Shown piece after piece: positions 20,416 to 30,589 of a stretch of 64,000 nt of DNA; position 1 is the first letter of the stretch, and the number at the start of each line of letters is the position of its first letter. Location: the NCBI GenBank assembly GCA_965208615.1, contig CBDBPB010000007.1, positions 64,001-128,000 on the forward strand, written 5' to 3'. The notes under the pieces are model-generated. The model saw nothing but the letters and a program-made list of their open reading frames with translations. It did no database searches and was not told where the DNA came from. The stretch comes from Spirochaetota bacterium (GTDB lineage Bacteria > Spirochaetota > UBA6919 > CBDBPB01). A program made the translations under genes and the position numbers.

Positions 20416-20436
20416 TATGGATGGTGTTATGATCTG

Positions 20437-20907
20437 ATGAGAGAATATGAGATTAATGTTGGTGTAGGTGAGATGGTAAGTGCATGTAGCCCTACTATAT
20501 TAAAAACAATTTTAGGTTCATGCGTTGCTCTTATATTATATGATAAGATAAATCAGGTTGGGGGAATGGCTCATATATTCCTACCCAAAAAAAAAGACTC
20601 TAACTCTAATGAACCAAATGGTAAGTATGCTGATACAGCTGTACCTTCTCTTTTAGAAGAGATTATTAAACTAGGTGCTAAAAAGCAGTATATTTTTGCT
20701 TTTATGGTTGGCGGCGGTAATATCTTTCAGCATAGTAGAAGAGGTGGTATTCCAACAATTGCTGAAAGTAATGTTAAAAGCACTAAAAAAGAACTTAAAA
20801 AGATAGGCCTTAATTTAGTTGGACTAGATGTAAGGCGTGATAAGGGGTGTAAAGTTAGATTTAATCTGGATTCTGGGGATATTAAAGTAGAAGACTTAAA
20901 AAAATAA
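20437..20907 (+). CDS. cheD: Chemoreceptor glutamine deamidase CheD
   Basis: TILGSCVAL, GGMAHIFLP, GKYADTA and GGGNIF. Confidence 0.93.
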   Translation: MREYEINVGVGEMVSACSPTILKTILGSCVALILYDKINQVGGMAHIFLPKKKDSNSNEPNGKYADTAVPSLLEEIIKLGAKKQYIFAFMVGGGNIFQHSRRGGIPTIAESNVKSTKKELKKIGLNLVGLDVRRDKGCKVRFNLDSGDIKVEDLKK

Positions 20908-20943
20908 CGAAAACTTAATATAAGTTTAAATAAGGATAAAACT

Positions 20944-21414
20944 GTGAAGCAAGACCATTTTAAACATACTGTTTTGGATGTATTTCAGTCTTTTACAAAA
21001 ATATTCTTTGATTATAGTCCTGTTTGTAAGGTTGCTAGCCGTACCAAAAAGCATGAAAAGCGTTTTGATAATATTATTTTTATAACAATATTGGGTGATA
21101 TAGAAGGCGGATTTACATTAGAAATTGATAATGAAACTGTTCATGGATTATTATGTAAAATAAATCAAGTTAGACTAGAAAAACAAATGGATATGGATAT
21201 CCTTATAAAAAGTTATATAGGAGAGTTTGCTAATATTTTAGTCAGTAAAATAATTGCTAACTTGGGTAGGAAATTTGGTAATACTTTGTTATCAAGCCCT
21301 TCTCTGTTTTCTGGAATGAGAATCGATGCTACTTTATTTTATGATGAAACTTATACTGCTTATATAATATGTGAAGTAGGGGTTTTAAAAATTAGTATAT
21401 CAATTAAGAATTAG
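20944..21414 (+). CDS. CheX/CheC-like chemotaxis phosphatase
   Basis: ITILGDIEG and IGEFANIL (ExxN)...SSPS; follows cheD. Confidence 0.7.
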   Translation: MKQDHFKHTVLDVFQSFTKIFFDYSPVCKVASRTKKHEKRFDNIIFITILGDIEGGFTLEIDNETVHGLLCKINQVRLEKQMDMDILIKSYIGEFANILVSKIIANLGRKFGNTLLSSPSLFSGMRIDATLFYDETYTAYIICEVGVLKISISIKN

Positions 21415-21420
21415 ATTAAA

Positions 21421-21807
21421 CTAGTTCTTAGTTTTTTCACAATAGTTAATTTTTTCTTTAATGGTAAAAGAAAATCTATTTTTAAATCTTTTTTCTTTTA
21501 CTAAGGCAAACCTCCCCCCTCCGATATAGTATATTTTATCTTTATTTTTTATGTCAAAGCTTTTTTTTATCTTTGATGTAATACAGTTAAAGTGGGCATC
21601 TTCTTTAGTTGTTTTTTCTTTAATTGCTGTTAGACGATCTTTAACCTCTTTTGAGCAAATTGGACAAATACTAAAAGAAGGTTTTTCTTCTTTTTTTTTG
21701 TCGACTTTATAATATTTCTTACTACTTTTATTTTTCATAGGTTTAGTAATATTATTTGATGACGGATTATTAGTTTTTTTATCTTTTTGTTTACTGTCTT
21801 TTCTCAT
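21421..21807 (-). CDS. Hypothetical basic protein with a possible Zn site
   Basis: CPIC...HFNC and YYIGGGRFALV. Confidence 0.65.
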   Translation of the reverse strand: MRKDSKQKDKKTNNPSSNNITKPMKNKSSKKYYKVDKKKEEKPSFSICPICSKEVKDRLTAIKEKTTKEDAHFNCITSKIKKSFDIKNKDKIYYIGGGRFALVKEKRFKNRFSFTIKEKINYCEKTKN

Positions 21808-21913
21808 GGATAGCTCTACTTATATTTTATTTGGATAGATTATTAATATTAATAACGTTAATAGTTTTTGTCAAATTTGATAGTGGTATTGCTACTAGTT
21901 TAGAGATAGGCTG

Positions 21914-22876
21914 TTAGAGGTTGTCTATATATTTATAATGGCTTTTGAACTTATATCTAGTTGTTTTTTTGTTATTATGTTTTTCTTGTTTAATTAGCTT
22001 TACAAGCTGATGATATTTTTGTTCGGATATTTGTTTTAGTCTATCTAGGAGGTTCCTATATATGCGGGACTTATAATTAAGTACATTATTGTGGAGGCTT
22101 TTATCTATTAGACTGATTTTTATTTTTTGTTTATTATATTCACTGGGTATACCTCTAACTGAGTCTATTTTAAATAGATTTTTAAAGGTATGTTTTTTAG
22201 TGTTTATGGTTATTTGGGTATTTTTATATTTCCAGGATAACATAATCTTTTCTGCATTACTTTTACTGCGTATGTATTTATATTTACCATACTTAGCCTT
22301 AAAGTTATTAAAGAGTCTTTTAAAGCTGTCCAGGTTAACCGCTATATCATAATTAACTCCATAGAGCTTATCATTATAAAAATAAAAAGAAATATTTTGT
22401 AGATACGGATTTATAATTGAAAGATCGTGGATATTTTCTATCTTTAGATGTTTTAGCTTTAAATAGTTTACATAAAAATTACTTTGTTTTTTAGTATTTA
22501 CTGTTTTGAAGATTGAATAATCCTCATTATTAATGTTAATATCATCAAAGGTTAAATAGTATTTTTGATTGTTAATATTGTATACCATTGAGTATGGGGA
22601 GTATTTATAATGGAATCTCTTAGCCAGCATAAGATAGGGATTAATAAATGTACTCTGCAATGACAGTCTATTGGATATATCATTTATTTTATAGTGCCTT
22701 AGCTTGTCTAAAACAGATTTAATACTATCTTTTAGGTATATATTCTGAAAGCCTATTTTGGGATCAGGTTTTTTAGTATTTCCCATTGCACTAATGGATA
22801 AAATAATTATAATAAAAACTATGCTAACAGCTATTTTATTCAATGTAGAAGATAATTTCATATAGTCTAAGTTCAT
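21914..22876 (-). CDS. Hypothetical exported basic protein
   Basis: 320-aa ORF with N-terminal hydrophobic segment; FYFYNDKLY...KAKYG motif. Confidence 0.6.
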   Translation of the reverse strand: MNLDYMKLSSTLNKIAVSIVFIIIILSISAMGNTKKPDPKIGFQNIYLKDSIKSVLDKLRHYKINDISNRLSLQSTFINPYLMLAKRFHYKYSPYSMVYNINNQKYYLTFDDININNEDYSIFKTVNTKKQSNFYVNYLKLKHLKIENIHDLSIINPYLQNISFYFYNDKLYGVNYDIAVNLDSFKRLFNNFKAKYGKYKYIRSKSNAEKIMLSWKYKNTQITINTKKHTFKNLFKIDSVRGIPSEYNKQKIKISLIDKSLHNNVLNYKSRIYRNLLDRLKQISEQKYHQLVKLIKQEKHNNKKTTRYKFKSHYKYIDNL

Positions 22877-23747
22877 TTTTTAAGCCAGTGTATATATCTT
22901 TTGGTATTAATTTTATTCCTTTACAAAAAATACTTTTATAAAAGTAGATAATTTGTAATCCTGGTTTATCATCCAGCTCTATGCTGTATATCAAATTATC
23001 ATATAGAGCCTTAGTCTTGCCTATACCGCCGTTATAGTAGCCGGTAAATTGTATTTCTATTTTTCTAATTCGGTGAAAGTTATCCTTAGCTTTAATACTT
23101 TCATAGTTTTGTGCATGCCTATTTATAAACCCTATACCTCTTACTTTAACCTTTGAGTCTAGTTTTTCTTTATTTTTGCTGTAAAAAAATAACTCAAAGA
23201 AGTCGTTGAATTTATAGTTTATCTTTTTATGCCAATAACTACTATATTTTTTATCTACAAGATTGCTAATTTTATCCTTTTTATTAGAACTCCTAATCAA
23301 GTATTTTTTATTAGCTAATTCAAAGCCGCCATCTTTTAAAAAATCCTTTATTTCATCGTCATATAGCAGTGAGAAGTCCTTTGATATATTAGTTTTATTG
23401 TTCTTAGTAAGGGTATATCTATAATCGCTATTGGGGAGCTTTATATTGGAGGTAATAAGACTATCCTTATTTATTATTTTGCTAAAAGAAATAAAACTAT
23501 TAACACTATATTTACTTTTTATAGCTGGATCAAGGTTAACAATTTTATAATTTAGATCATTATTATTGGATATAGTTTTATTGGCAACTAAAATGATATT
23601 TTTATTTTCTTTTAGAATTAATTGTTTTTTTTTAAAGTCAAAGGTAATGTTTTCTCCTTCGAGATGCCATAGTCCTTTGATCTCACTGTTAGAACAACTG
23701 ATTATTAATATAGTTAGAATAATAATATTAATGGAAGTCGTTATCAT
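22836..23747 (-). CDS. Hypothetical lipoprotein with possible discoidin/glycan-binding-like C-terminal domain
   Basis: Lipobox-like IIS-C; NLVDKKYSSYW...IKLIPKDIYTG...LYEIIFY beta-sandwich pattern. Confidence 0.55.
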   Translation of the reverse strand: MITTSINIIILTILIISCSNSEIKGLWHLEGENITFDFKKKQLILKENKNIILVANKTISNNNDLNYKIVNLDPAIKSKYSVNSFISFSKIINKDSLITSNIKLPNSDYRYTLTKNNKTNISKDFSLLYDDEIKDFLKDGGFELANKKYLIRSSNKKDKISNLVDKKYSSYWHKKINYKFNDFFELFFYSKNKEKLDSKVKVRGIGFINRHAQNYESIKAKDNFHRIRKIEIQFTGYYNGGIGKTKALYDNLIYSIELDDKPGLQIIYFYKSIFCKGIKLIPKDIYTGLKNELRLYEIIFYIE

Positions 23748-23959
23748 ATGGCTTATTCATTAGTAGTTTTATATTATCCCTGTAAGAACAGTTGTTTAAA
23801 TAATAATAATTAGTTTTGATTTAATGGGTTAATATTTTAATTTATATGTCTAAAAAGCTTAACTTTTTATATTATATCCCCTCTACTATAACTATTTTAT
23901 TTACTATCTTTATATATATACACCACTAAACTAAGCGGCTTATAACTTTAGGAGGACAA

Positions 23960-24988
23960 ATGAAGCTAGATAATAGTTATAGTGAAAAGGAAGAACTAGT
24001 CTTTTTAAAAAGTCGATTTCTTATAAATGAAAAAAACCTCTATGGAGTCTTTTATATATTATTTAATATCAATAATAATGGCTATGAGAAAGTAGATATT
24101 ATTGCCTCAAGATATAGAGACTTTATAGAAGAAGCTTTTCCAATCAAACTTTGGTCAACATATAGCTGGATAGATTTAGAACATTTTATTACTATGTCAA
24201 AAATTAAGGGTCAGTATGCTGATGTTCAAACTAAGGATATACATGATGCAATTGATATAGTTTTAAAATCTATAAACGTTAGTCTTTTAGTGTTAGAGAT
24301 AAAAAAGGAAAAAGTAACTGAACTAGAACAAGAGTTTACTAATATATTTATAAAGGCAGTAGGTAACTGTAGTCCTGTATTTGAGTTTACTTTTGAATCT
24401 ACTACATACGCACAAATTGAGAGTCAAAAAAAGGATAAGGAAAAATTATATGACGAACAACAAAAAGATATAGCTACTAAGACAGTAGAGTTCGAACAGG
24501 TAAAAAAACAAATTATACCAGGTGATGCCGCATTAATAAATGTTTTATTCGTATTAGCACCAATTAGCGGTGTGCCTATAGAAAAGCTAAATGTCGGGGA
24601 TAGAGTTATGATTAAGGTTGATATTAGTGATCCTAAGAGCAATTATTTTGCGGATATATTAAACTCAGTAAAGGATAAAAAAGCTAATCCCATACCAGCC
24701 ATTATAGAGAAAATAGAGAAAACACCTAAAGGAGGCTATTTTGTTCTTACTAAAATACAGGATGGAATATATGGTCAGCTTACTGAAGAGGAGCCTATTA
24801 AGGTACAAGAGGTTGATAACGAAAAATATAAACTTTTAGAAAAGCATAATACTAAAAAATCCCATGACTATTATGATCCAGAGTCTATTGTGATGAATAA
24901 AAAGGATAATATGCAGTTAATAATTTTACTTTCGGCTTTTGCTCTAATTATTACTGCTGTATTATATATATTTTTTGTATTCTATTGA
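23960..24988 (+). CDS. Hypothetical protein with C-terminal TM anchor
   Basis: Strong AGGAGG RBS; LAPISGVPIEKLNVGDRVMIKV motif; C-terminal TM helix. Confidence 0.75.
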   Translation: MKLDNSYSEKEELVFLKSRFLINEKNLYGVFYILFNINNNGYEKVDIIASRYRDFIEEAFPIKLWSTYSWIDLEHFITMSKIKGQYADVQTKDIHDAIDIVLKSINVSLLVLEIKKEKVTELEQEFTNIFIKAVGNCSPVFEFTFESTTYAQIESQKKDKEKLYDEQQKDIATKTVEFEQVKKQIIPGDAALINVLFVLAPISGVPIEKLNVGDRVMIKVDISDPKSNYFADILNSVKDKKANPIPAIIEKIEKTPKGGYFVLTKIQDGIYGQLTEEEPIKVQEVDNEKYKLLEKHNTKKSHDYYDPESIVMNKKDNMQLIILLSAFALIITAVLYIFFVFY

Positions 24989-25075
24989 AAAAGTATTAAT
25001 TTTTGCCACTTTTTTAACGATTTATTAATTAATTCTACATTTTAATTTACCTCTTATAAAGTTATCGAGGATATA

Positions 25076-25540
25076 ATGGTTGAGTACTCTCTAGATAAAC
25101 TGCAGGATTTTATAACAGATATACCTGATTTTGACTATAGCAAAATAGGAAAAAACATAAAAAGTAAAAGTCTAAAACCAAAAGAATCCAAACATGATAT
25201 AGCCGCCTTGAAAACTGATAAACACTTTTCTAAAAGTGAGTTAAAACTAAAAAAGCCTATATCCCCACACTTAAAGCTTATTATGGATGTAAAACTTAAT
25301 GTTAGTGTTGAGATTGGTAAAACAAATATTACTCTGGATGACATATTAAAGCTGGAGGATGGATCAATTATAAGGCTGAATAATAATGCTAGTGAGCCTA
25401 TAGACATAATTGTTGATGATATTCCAATAGCTAAAGGCGAGGTCATAATTATAGATGAGTCTTTTGGTATAAGGCTTGTAGAAAAGTTATCCAACAAAGA
25501 GCAGAAACTTATCATCTTTAATAAAAATGTACAAAAATAA
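25076..25540 (+). CDS. fliN: Flagellar motor switch protein FliN (SpoA domain)
   Basis: LIMDVKLNVSVEIG...GSIIRL...IAKGEVIIIDESFGIRL. Confidence 0.85.
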   Translation: MVEYSLDKLQDFITDIPDFDYSKIGKNIKSKSLKPKESKHDIAALKTDKHFSKSELKLKKPISPHLKLIMDVKLNVSVEIGKTNITLDDILKLEDGSIIRLNNNASEPIDIIVDDIPIAKGEVIIIDESFGIRLVEKLSNKEQKLIIFNKNVQK

Positions 25541-26138
25541 TTTACACATTTTAAAGATAAAAGATCTTTTAAAAGAATATGTTAGTTATGAGCGATATAA
25601 ACATATACTGTCTGTAGAAGAGACTGCTATTTTTATAGGTAAATATCATAATCTTGATTTAGAAAAGCTATCTTTAGCATCTCTGCTCCACGACTGGGGA
25701 AAGATGTACTCTATAAAAGATATGATTAATATATGCAGGGATAATAACGTTAAACTATCCCCCATGGAGATTGAGAGTCATGGATTACTACATGCTAAGG
25801 TCAGTAGAATAGAGGCTCAGAAACGTTTTAATATTAATGACTTAGAAGTTTTAAATGCCATTAGTAGTCATACTACAGGACGGCTTAATATGTCGTCTTA
25901 TGAACAGGTGATTTTTATTGCTGACTACTGTGAGCCTCTTAGAAAGATAGATAATAGTAAAACTATTTTAGATATAGCTATAAAAGACCTTATTGAGGGT
26001 ATGCTTAAGGTTATATCCCAAAAAATTATATACGTTATAGAAAGGGGACTAGTTATAAGTCCTGTTAGTATAGAGGTATATAATTTTTATCAAAAAGAGT
26101 ATATAAAAAAGAATAAGTTCAATACTAGTTTATACTAA
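25527..26138 (+). CDS. yqeK: HD-domain symmetrical Ap4A hydrolase YqeK
   Basis: RYKHILSV, LLHDWGK, LLHA, AISSHTTG and IFIADYCEP. Confidence 0.88.
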   Translation: MYKNNLHILKIKDLLKEYVSYERYKHILSVEETAIFIGKYHNLDLEKLSLASLLHDWGKMYSIKDMINICRDNNVKLSPMEIESHGLLHAKVSRIEAQKRFNINDLEVLNAISSHTTGRLNMSSYEQVIFIADYCEPLRKIDNSKTILDIAIKDLIEGMLKVISQKIIYVIERGLVISPVSIEVYNFYQKEYIKKNKFNTSLY

Positions 26139-26625
26139 GGAGTTTTATAGTAAATATTAGGTTTTTGCCTGCTAATGGATGATTAAAGTCTATACTTACT
26201 ATATTGCCGTTGACTTTAGTTATTTTTCCGTGTCTTATATTGCCTAAGCTGTCTTTAACGGATATTTGTTTACCTATTTTAAGGTCAAAGTTTTTAGGGA
26301 ACTTATTTTTATTTATCTTAGCTAATAGTTTTTTTATCCATTTACCGTATCCATCTTGTGGTGGGATTGTTACTACTTTTTGCGTTCCTACTTTCATATT
26401 AATAACGGCCTTGTCAAAGCCTGGTATTACTTGTCCTGTTCCAATGGTAAACTCAAAAGGCCCTCTATTTTTTGATTTATCTATAATCTTACCGTTTTTA
26501 AGCTTTAGTATATAGTGTACTTTTACTTTATCTCCTTTTTTAGCAACTATAGCTTTTTTGGGGTATATATTATTTTGACTAAGGATAATAGCTATCAAAG
26601 TGTATAATAATAAGTTAAGCTTCAT
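26125..26625 (-). CDS. FKBP-type peptidyl-prolyl isomerase, SlyD/SlpA-like, with N-terminal signal-like sequence
   Basis: GDKVKVHY, VIPGFDKA, insert-in-flap domain and DFNHPLAGKNLIF. Confidence 0.9.
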   Translation of the reverse strand: MKLNLLLYTLIAIILSQNNIYPKKAIVAKKGDKVKVHYILKLKNGKIIDKSKNRGPFEFTIGTGQVIPGFDKAVINMKVGTQKVVTIPPQDGYGKWIKKLLAKINKNKFPKNFDLKIGKQISVKDSLGNIRHGKITKVNGNIVSIDFNHPLAGKNLIFTIKLLSIN

Positions 26626-26782
26626 AATATCTCCTGTTTATTACTAATAACGAAACTTACTATATACAAAAATGATAGTCAAGTTAAACTTTGTATAATG
26701 TTAGATATAATACTTTTTTTATTTTTAAGTTAGTGGTATTATCTTAAACATTAGAAAATAAATTTTTACATAAGGAGATTTT

Positions 26783-27451
26783 ATGAAAAAGATATTTATT
26801 ACTGGTGGAACAGGATATGTTGGGCGTAAAATAGTTAAACTATTATTGGATAAAGGATATAGAGTAACATGTCTTGTAAGAATGGGTTCTGAGAATAAGA
26901 TTAATATTTATTCAAAGGTAAACATAGTTTTTGGTGATGCCTTGGATATAGGTTCCATAGACCTTAGTGGTCATGATGTTGTTATACATTTGGTTGCAAT
27001 TATAAAAGAGGTTAAAAGCGAGGATATTACCTTTGAAAGGCTTAACTTTCATACTGCAAAAAATATGATTGATAAATCAATAAGTCAGGGTATTAATAGG
27101 TTTTTATTTATGAGTGCGGCTGGTTATGTTCCAGGCATAGGAAAGGGATATTTTAAATATAAGCTTATGGCAGAGGATTATTTAAAACAATCCGGCTTAA
27201 AATGGACTATTTTTAGACCATCACTTATATATGATAAAAGTATAGTGGGTAAGAGTATGGGCTGGGTTAGGATGATGAAGCCACTTTTTAATCTTGGCTC
27301 ACACTTAAACTTAGCTAAAAACTTTATTGAAACTTGGGAGCCTATATCAAAAAATGAGATTGCAAAAGCCTATATTAAAGCAATTGAAGATGATTTTTAT
27401 ATTAATAAAACTCTTAATACCAGTGAGTTGATTAGCATAAGCAAACATTAA
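26783..27451 (+). CDS. NAD(P)-binding atypical SDR (NDUFA9/epimerase-like)
   Basis: IFITGGTGYVG, YFKYK and WTIFRPSLIY. Confidence 0.85.
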   Translation: MKKIFITGGTGYVGRKIVKLLLDKGYRVTCLVRMGSENKINIYSKVNIVFGDALDIGSIDLSGHDVVIHLVAIIKEVKSEDITFERLNFHTAKNMIDKSISQGINRFLFMSAAGYVPGIGKGYFKYKLMAEDYLKQSGLKWTIFRPSLIYDKSIVGKSMGWVRMMKPLFNLGSHLNLAKNFIETWEPISKNEIAKAYIKAIEDDFYINKTLNTSELISISKH

Positions 27452-27599
27452 AATGGCTCTATTATTTAATATCTTTAACTTTACTATGTTATAAAATTGT
27501 TTATTTTTTTTAATATAGCAGGTACTAGTATTAAGCCAAATTAATAACAATCAAAAACGATTTGGAGTAGGATAAGTTAATTTATAGAACAAGGATTTT

Positions 27600-28589
27600 A
27601 TGATAAGAGAAGCTTTATATTATGATAAATCTAGGGATAATAAGATAAAATGCTATTTATGTCCTTTTCAGTGTAGGATTAAAGAGGGTGAGGTTGCTAT
27701 GTGCATGGGTAGAAAGAACATAGGGGGTGTTCTGTATGCAGTAAATTACGGTAAGACAACTTCTATGGCAGTGGATCCTATTGAAAAAAAGCCTCTATTT
27801 CATTTTTATCCCGCTAATAAGATATTATCTATATCGGCTAACAGTTGTAATTTAAAATGTTCATTTTGTCAGAATTTTAGTATTTCTCAGGAACAATCCT
27901 CTACCAGAGATATTACCCCAGAACAAATACTAGATTGTGCCACTATTAGTAATTCTATAGGGGTAGCATATACCTATAGTGAACCTCTTATGTGGTATGA
28001 GTTTGTTTTGGATACTGCAAAGCTTACTCAAAAAGCAGGATTAAAAAATGTTTTAGTAACCAATGGTACTATTAATCAAAAACCATTAAGACAACTAATC
28101 CCTTATATTGATGCTGTTAATGTTGATCTTAAAAGTATTAATGATAAGTTTTATAGAAAGGTATGCAAGGGACTATTGAAGCCAGTTTTAGATTCTATTA
28201 TATTAATTAATGATAGCAATATTATGTTAGAGATTACTAATTTGATTATTCCCACTTTAAACGACTCCGATGAGGATATATCCGGACTTATTGACTGGAT
28301 AGCCGATTTAAACCCTAAAATACCTCTTCATTTTTCTGCCTATCATCCATGTTATATGTTAGACCTACCTCCTACTCCTTATTATATTTTAAAGGAGGCT
28401 TATGAAAAGGCTTCTGAGAAACTTGAATATGTATATTTGGGTAATGTTAGTACTAGAGGTACTACTGATAGTTATTGTCCAGGTTGTAAAAAAACAATTA
28501 TAAAAAGAGATGGTTATACTACTAAGGTTGTTGGGTTAGATAAAGACAGATGCTTATTTTGTAAAGAGAAGATTAATATTAGGTTATAG
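27600..28589 (+). CDS. amrS: AmmeMemoRadiSam system radical SAM enzyme
   Basis: CYLCPFQC, DPIEKKPLFHFYP, CNLKCSFCQN, AYTYSEP and YVYLGN...CPGC. Confidence 0.92.
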   Translation: MIREALYYDKSRDNKIKCYLCPFQCRIKEGEVAMCMGRKNIGGVLYAVNYGKTTSMAVDPIEKKPLFHFYPANKILSISANSCNLKCSFCQNFSISQEQSSTRDITPEQILDCATISNSIGVAYTYSEPLMWYEFVLDTAKLTQKAGLKNVLVTNGTINQKPLRQLIPYIDAVNVDLKSINDKFYRKVCKGLLKPVLDSIILINDSNIMLEITNLIIPTLNDSDEDISGLIDWIADLNPKIPLHFSAYHPCYMLDLPPTPYYILKEAYEKASEKLEYVYLGNVSTRGTTDSYCPGCKKTIIKRDGYTTKVVGLDKDRCLFCKEKINIRL

Positions 28590-28621
28590 TAATTTTAGGT
28601 TTATAATTTTTGGGGTAATAT

Positions 28622-29761
28622 ATGCCAAAACCTGATAGCAATAGGGAATTTACTAATGTTACTGATAAAGAACAGCTAATTTATTTAGTTGATCATTATC
28701 TAGTTGGTAGAAATATATATGTTAAGGGTCTTTCTAAGGAGTTTTTAGCTGATTTAAAGACCTTATTCCCAGAACCCTCTATTAGATTATTCTTTTTTAA
28801 AGGTCTTCCTAGCGACTACTCTGTTATTGATAAGATAACAATTTATGCAGTTGTAAAGCGGTATATAGAATTAACTGTTAAGAAAATATATTTTGAAAAA
28901 AATAAAGGAGATTTTGAACTAATTAGTGCTAAGATTGCTCATAATAATAGGCTGGATCAAAGAATACCTGTTAGTGGTGAGGAGTTTTATGCCGAAAACT
29001 TTAGGCTTAGTCAATATTCTTTAAATCCTAATACTATGGATATTCCTATTTCTGTAAAGGTTGCATTTGATAAGATAAAGCCTTCACTTTTAAAAGATAT
29101 ACCAGAATGTGAAAGTCATATTTTTGGTGAAGAAAAAGAAGAAAAGTTGATCGAGGCAACTAAAAAGACTCAAAAGGTTGTTTATATAGAAAATGTTTAC
29201 GATAAAAATAGTTTTTTGCTTGAAGAAGAAGGCTTTTTAAATTGTAAGAAACACTTTGGTGATACTCTGGATAAAGAAATTAGTGATTTGATAGCAAATA
29301 ATATAAATTCATTACTTATTTATCCCGTTATTTTTGTTAACATTAAGGGTGAAGGAGTACCAGTTGGCTATTTTAAAATTACATCTAGTGAGCCTAATGT
29401 TAATAGAAGTATTATATCTCGTTTATATCTTTCTGCTATCGATATAGTTAACTATATCCGTGATGCTAATGTTACAATCATAAAAGAGAAGCAAGAGGTA
29501 ATGAATGTCTCAAGAAAAGGTGTACAGTTATTAATTAAGGACTTGAATACTTTAGATATCTTTATTGCCAATCGTGAAGATATAGTTTTTGATATAAGGC
29601 CAAAGCCTACTTTTAGATTAACTTTATTTGGTAAGATGGTTAATGTAATTAAAACTCCTAATAATAATCACTTAATTGGATTAAAAATAATAGGTGGTGA
29701 AAAGCGCCATGGTATGGGAGCATGGGAAAGTTTTCTTTCCAGGTTTTTAGCTAGTATATAA
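28622..29761 (+). CDS. DUF1577-like / PilZ-related protein, probable c-di-GMP receptor
   Basis: RLDQR (RxxxR) and NVSRKG (D/NxSxxG) motifs separated by a GAF-like insert; family name recalled, not searched. Confidence 0.6.
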   Translation: MPKPDSNREFTNVTDKEQLIYLVDHYLVGRNIYVKGLSKEFLADLKTLFPEPSIRLFFFKGLPSDYSVIDKITIYAVVKRYIELTVKKIYFEKNKGDFELISAKIAHNNRLDQRIPVSGEEFYAENFRLSQYSLNPNTMDIPISVKVAFDKIKPSLLKDIPECESHIFGEEKEEKLIEATKKTQKVVYIENVYDKNSFLLEEEGFLNCKKHFGDTLDKEISDLIANNINSLLIYPVIFVNIKGEGVPVGYFKITSSEPNVNRSIISRLYLSAIDIVNYIRDANVTIIKEKQEVMNVSRKGVQLLIKDLNTLDIFIANREDIVFDIRPKPTFRLTLFGKMVNVIKTPNNNHLIGLKIIGGEKRHGMGAWESFLSRFLASI

Positions 29762-29920
29762 ATAGTTAAGCTTTTTAACTAATCTATTTTTAATATGTAA
29801 GTATTGTTTTTTTATTAAAATTAGCATAAATAGATATAATCTTACTTGCCTGACTCCTTTTTTATATTAGTTTTTAATAGTATAATTTTTAATGGTTAGC
29901 TAATAAAAATATAAGTTGTT

Positions 29921-30475
29921 ATGTTAAATAATATTATTGCTGTAGTAGGGCTTTGTGGTTCTGGAAAATCTGTTGTTTGTGGCTATCTCAAAGAAAAAGG
30001 CTATTATACAATTCATTTTGGCGGCTTGACAATGGATGAGCTTAAACGTTTAAATCTACCGGTTAATGAGAGTAATGAACGATTTGTTAGAGAGAAAATT
30101 AGAAAAGAACATGGCATGAATGCCTATGCTATACTGTCTTTAAGTAAGATAGAGTCTGCTATTAGCTGTGGTGATAAGGTTTTGATTGATGGATTATACA
30201 GTTTTTCTGAATATAAAATCTTAAAAAAGAATTATGGGGATAATTTAGTTTTATTGGCAATATTTACTCCTAAAAGCTTGAGGTATAGTCGCCTGGCAAG
30301 CAGAACTATAAGGCCTATTAAGAAAGAGGATGCACAAAAACGTGATTATGCAGAAATAGAGAATATTGAAAAAGGCGGACCTATATCCATTGCTGACTAT
30401 ACTATTATCAATGATAAGTCCATAAATGACTTAAAAAGTAAAGTTGACCTTTTGTTGAACCAGGGACTTATATAA
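29921..30475 (+). CDS. P-loop nucleotide kinase-like protein (UPF0200/dephospho-CoA kinase-like)
   Basis: VVGLCGSGKS, VLIDGLYS, RYSRLASR and RDYAEI...KGGPISIADYTIIN. Confidence 0.8.
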   Translation: MLNNIIAVVGLCGSGKSVVCGYLKEKGYYTIHFGGLTMDELKRLNLPVNESNERFVREKIRKEHGMNAYAILSLSKIESAISCGDKVLIDGLYSFSEYKILKKNYGDNLVLLAIFTPKSLRYSRLASRTIRPIKKEDAQKRDYAEIENIEKGGPISIADYTIINDKSINDLKSKVDLLLNQGLI

Positions 30476-30589
30476 AAAAAGTGGTTTAAATATTATAGAA
30501 AGGCTATTCTATCTTTTTAGTATTATATACTAATTAATTTTTGTATATTTATTAGATATAGTTATAATAAATATATACTACTATATGTT

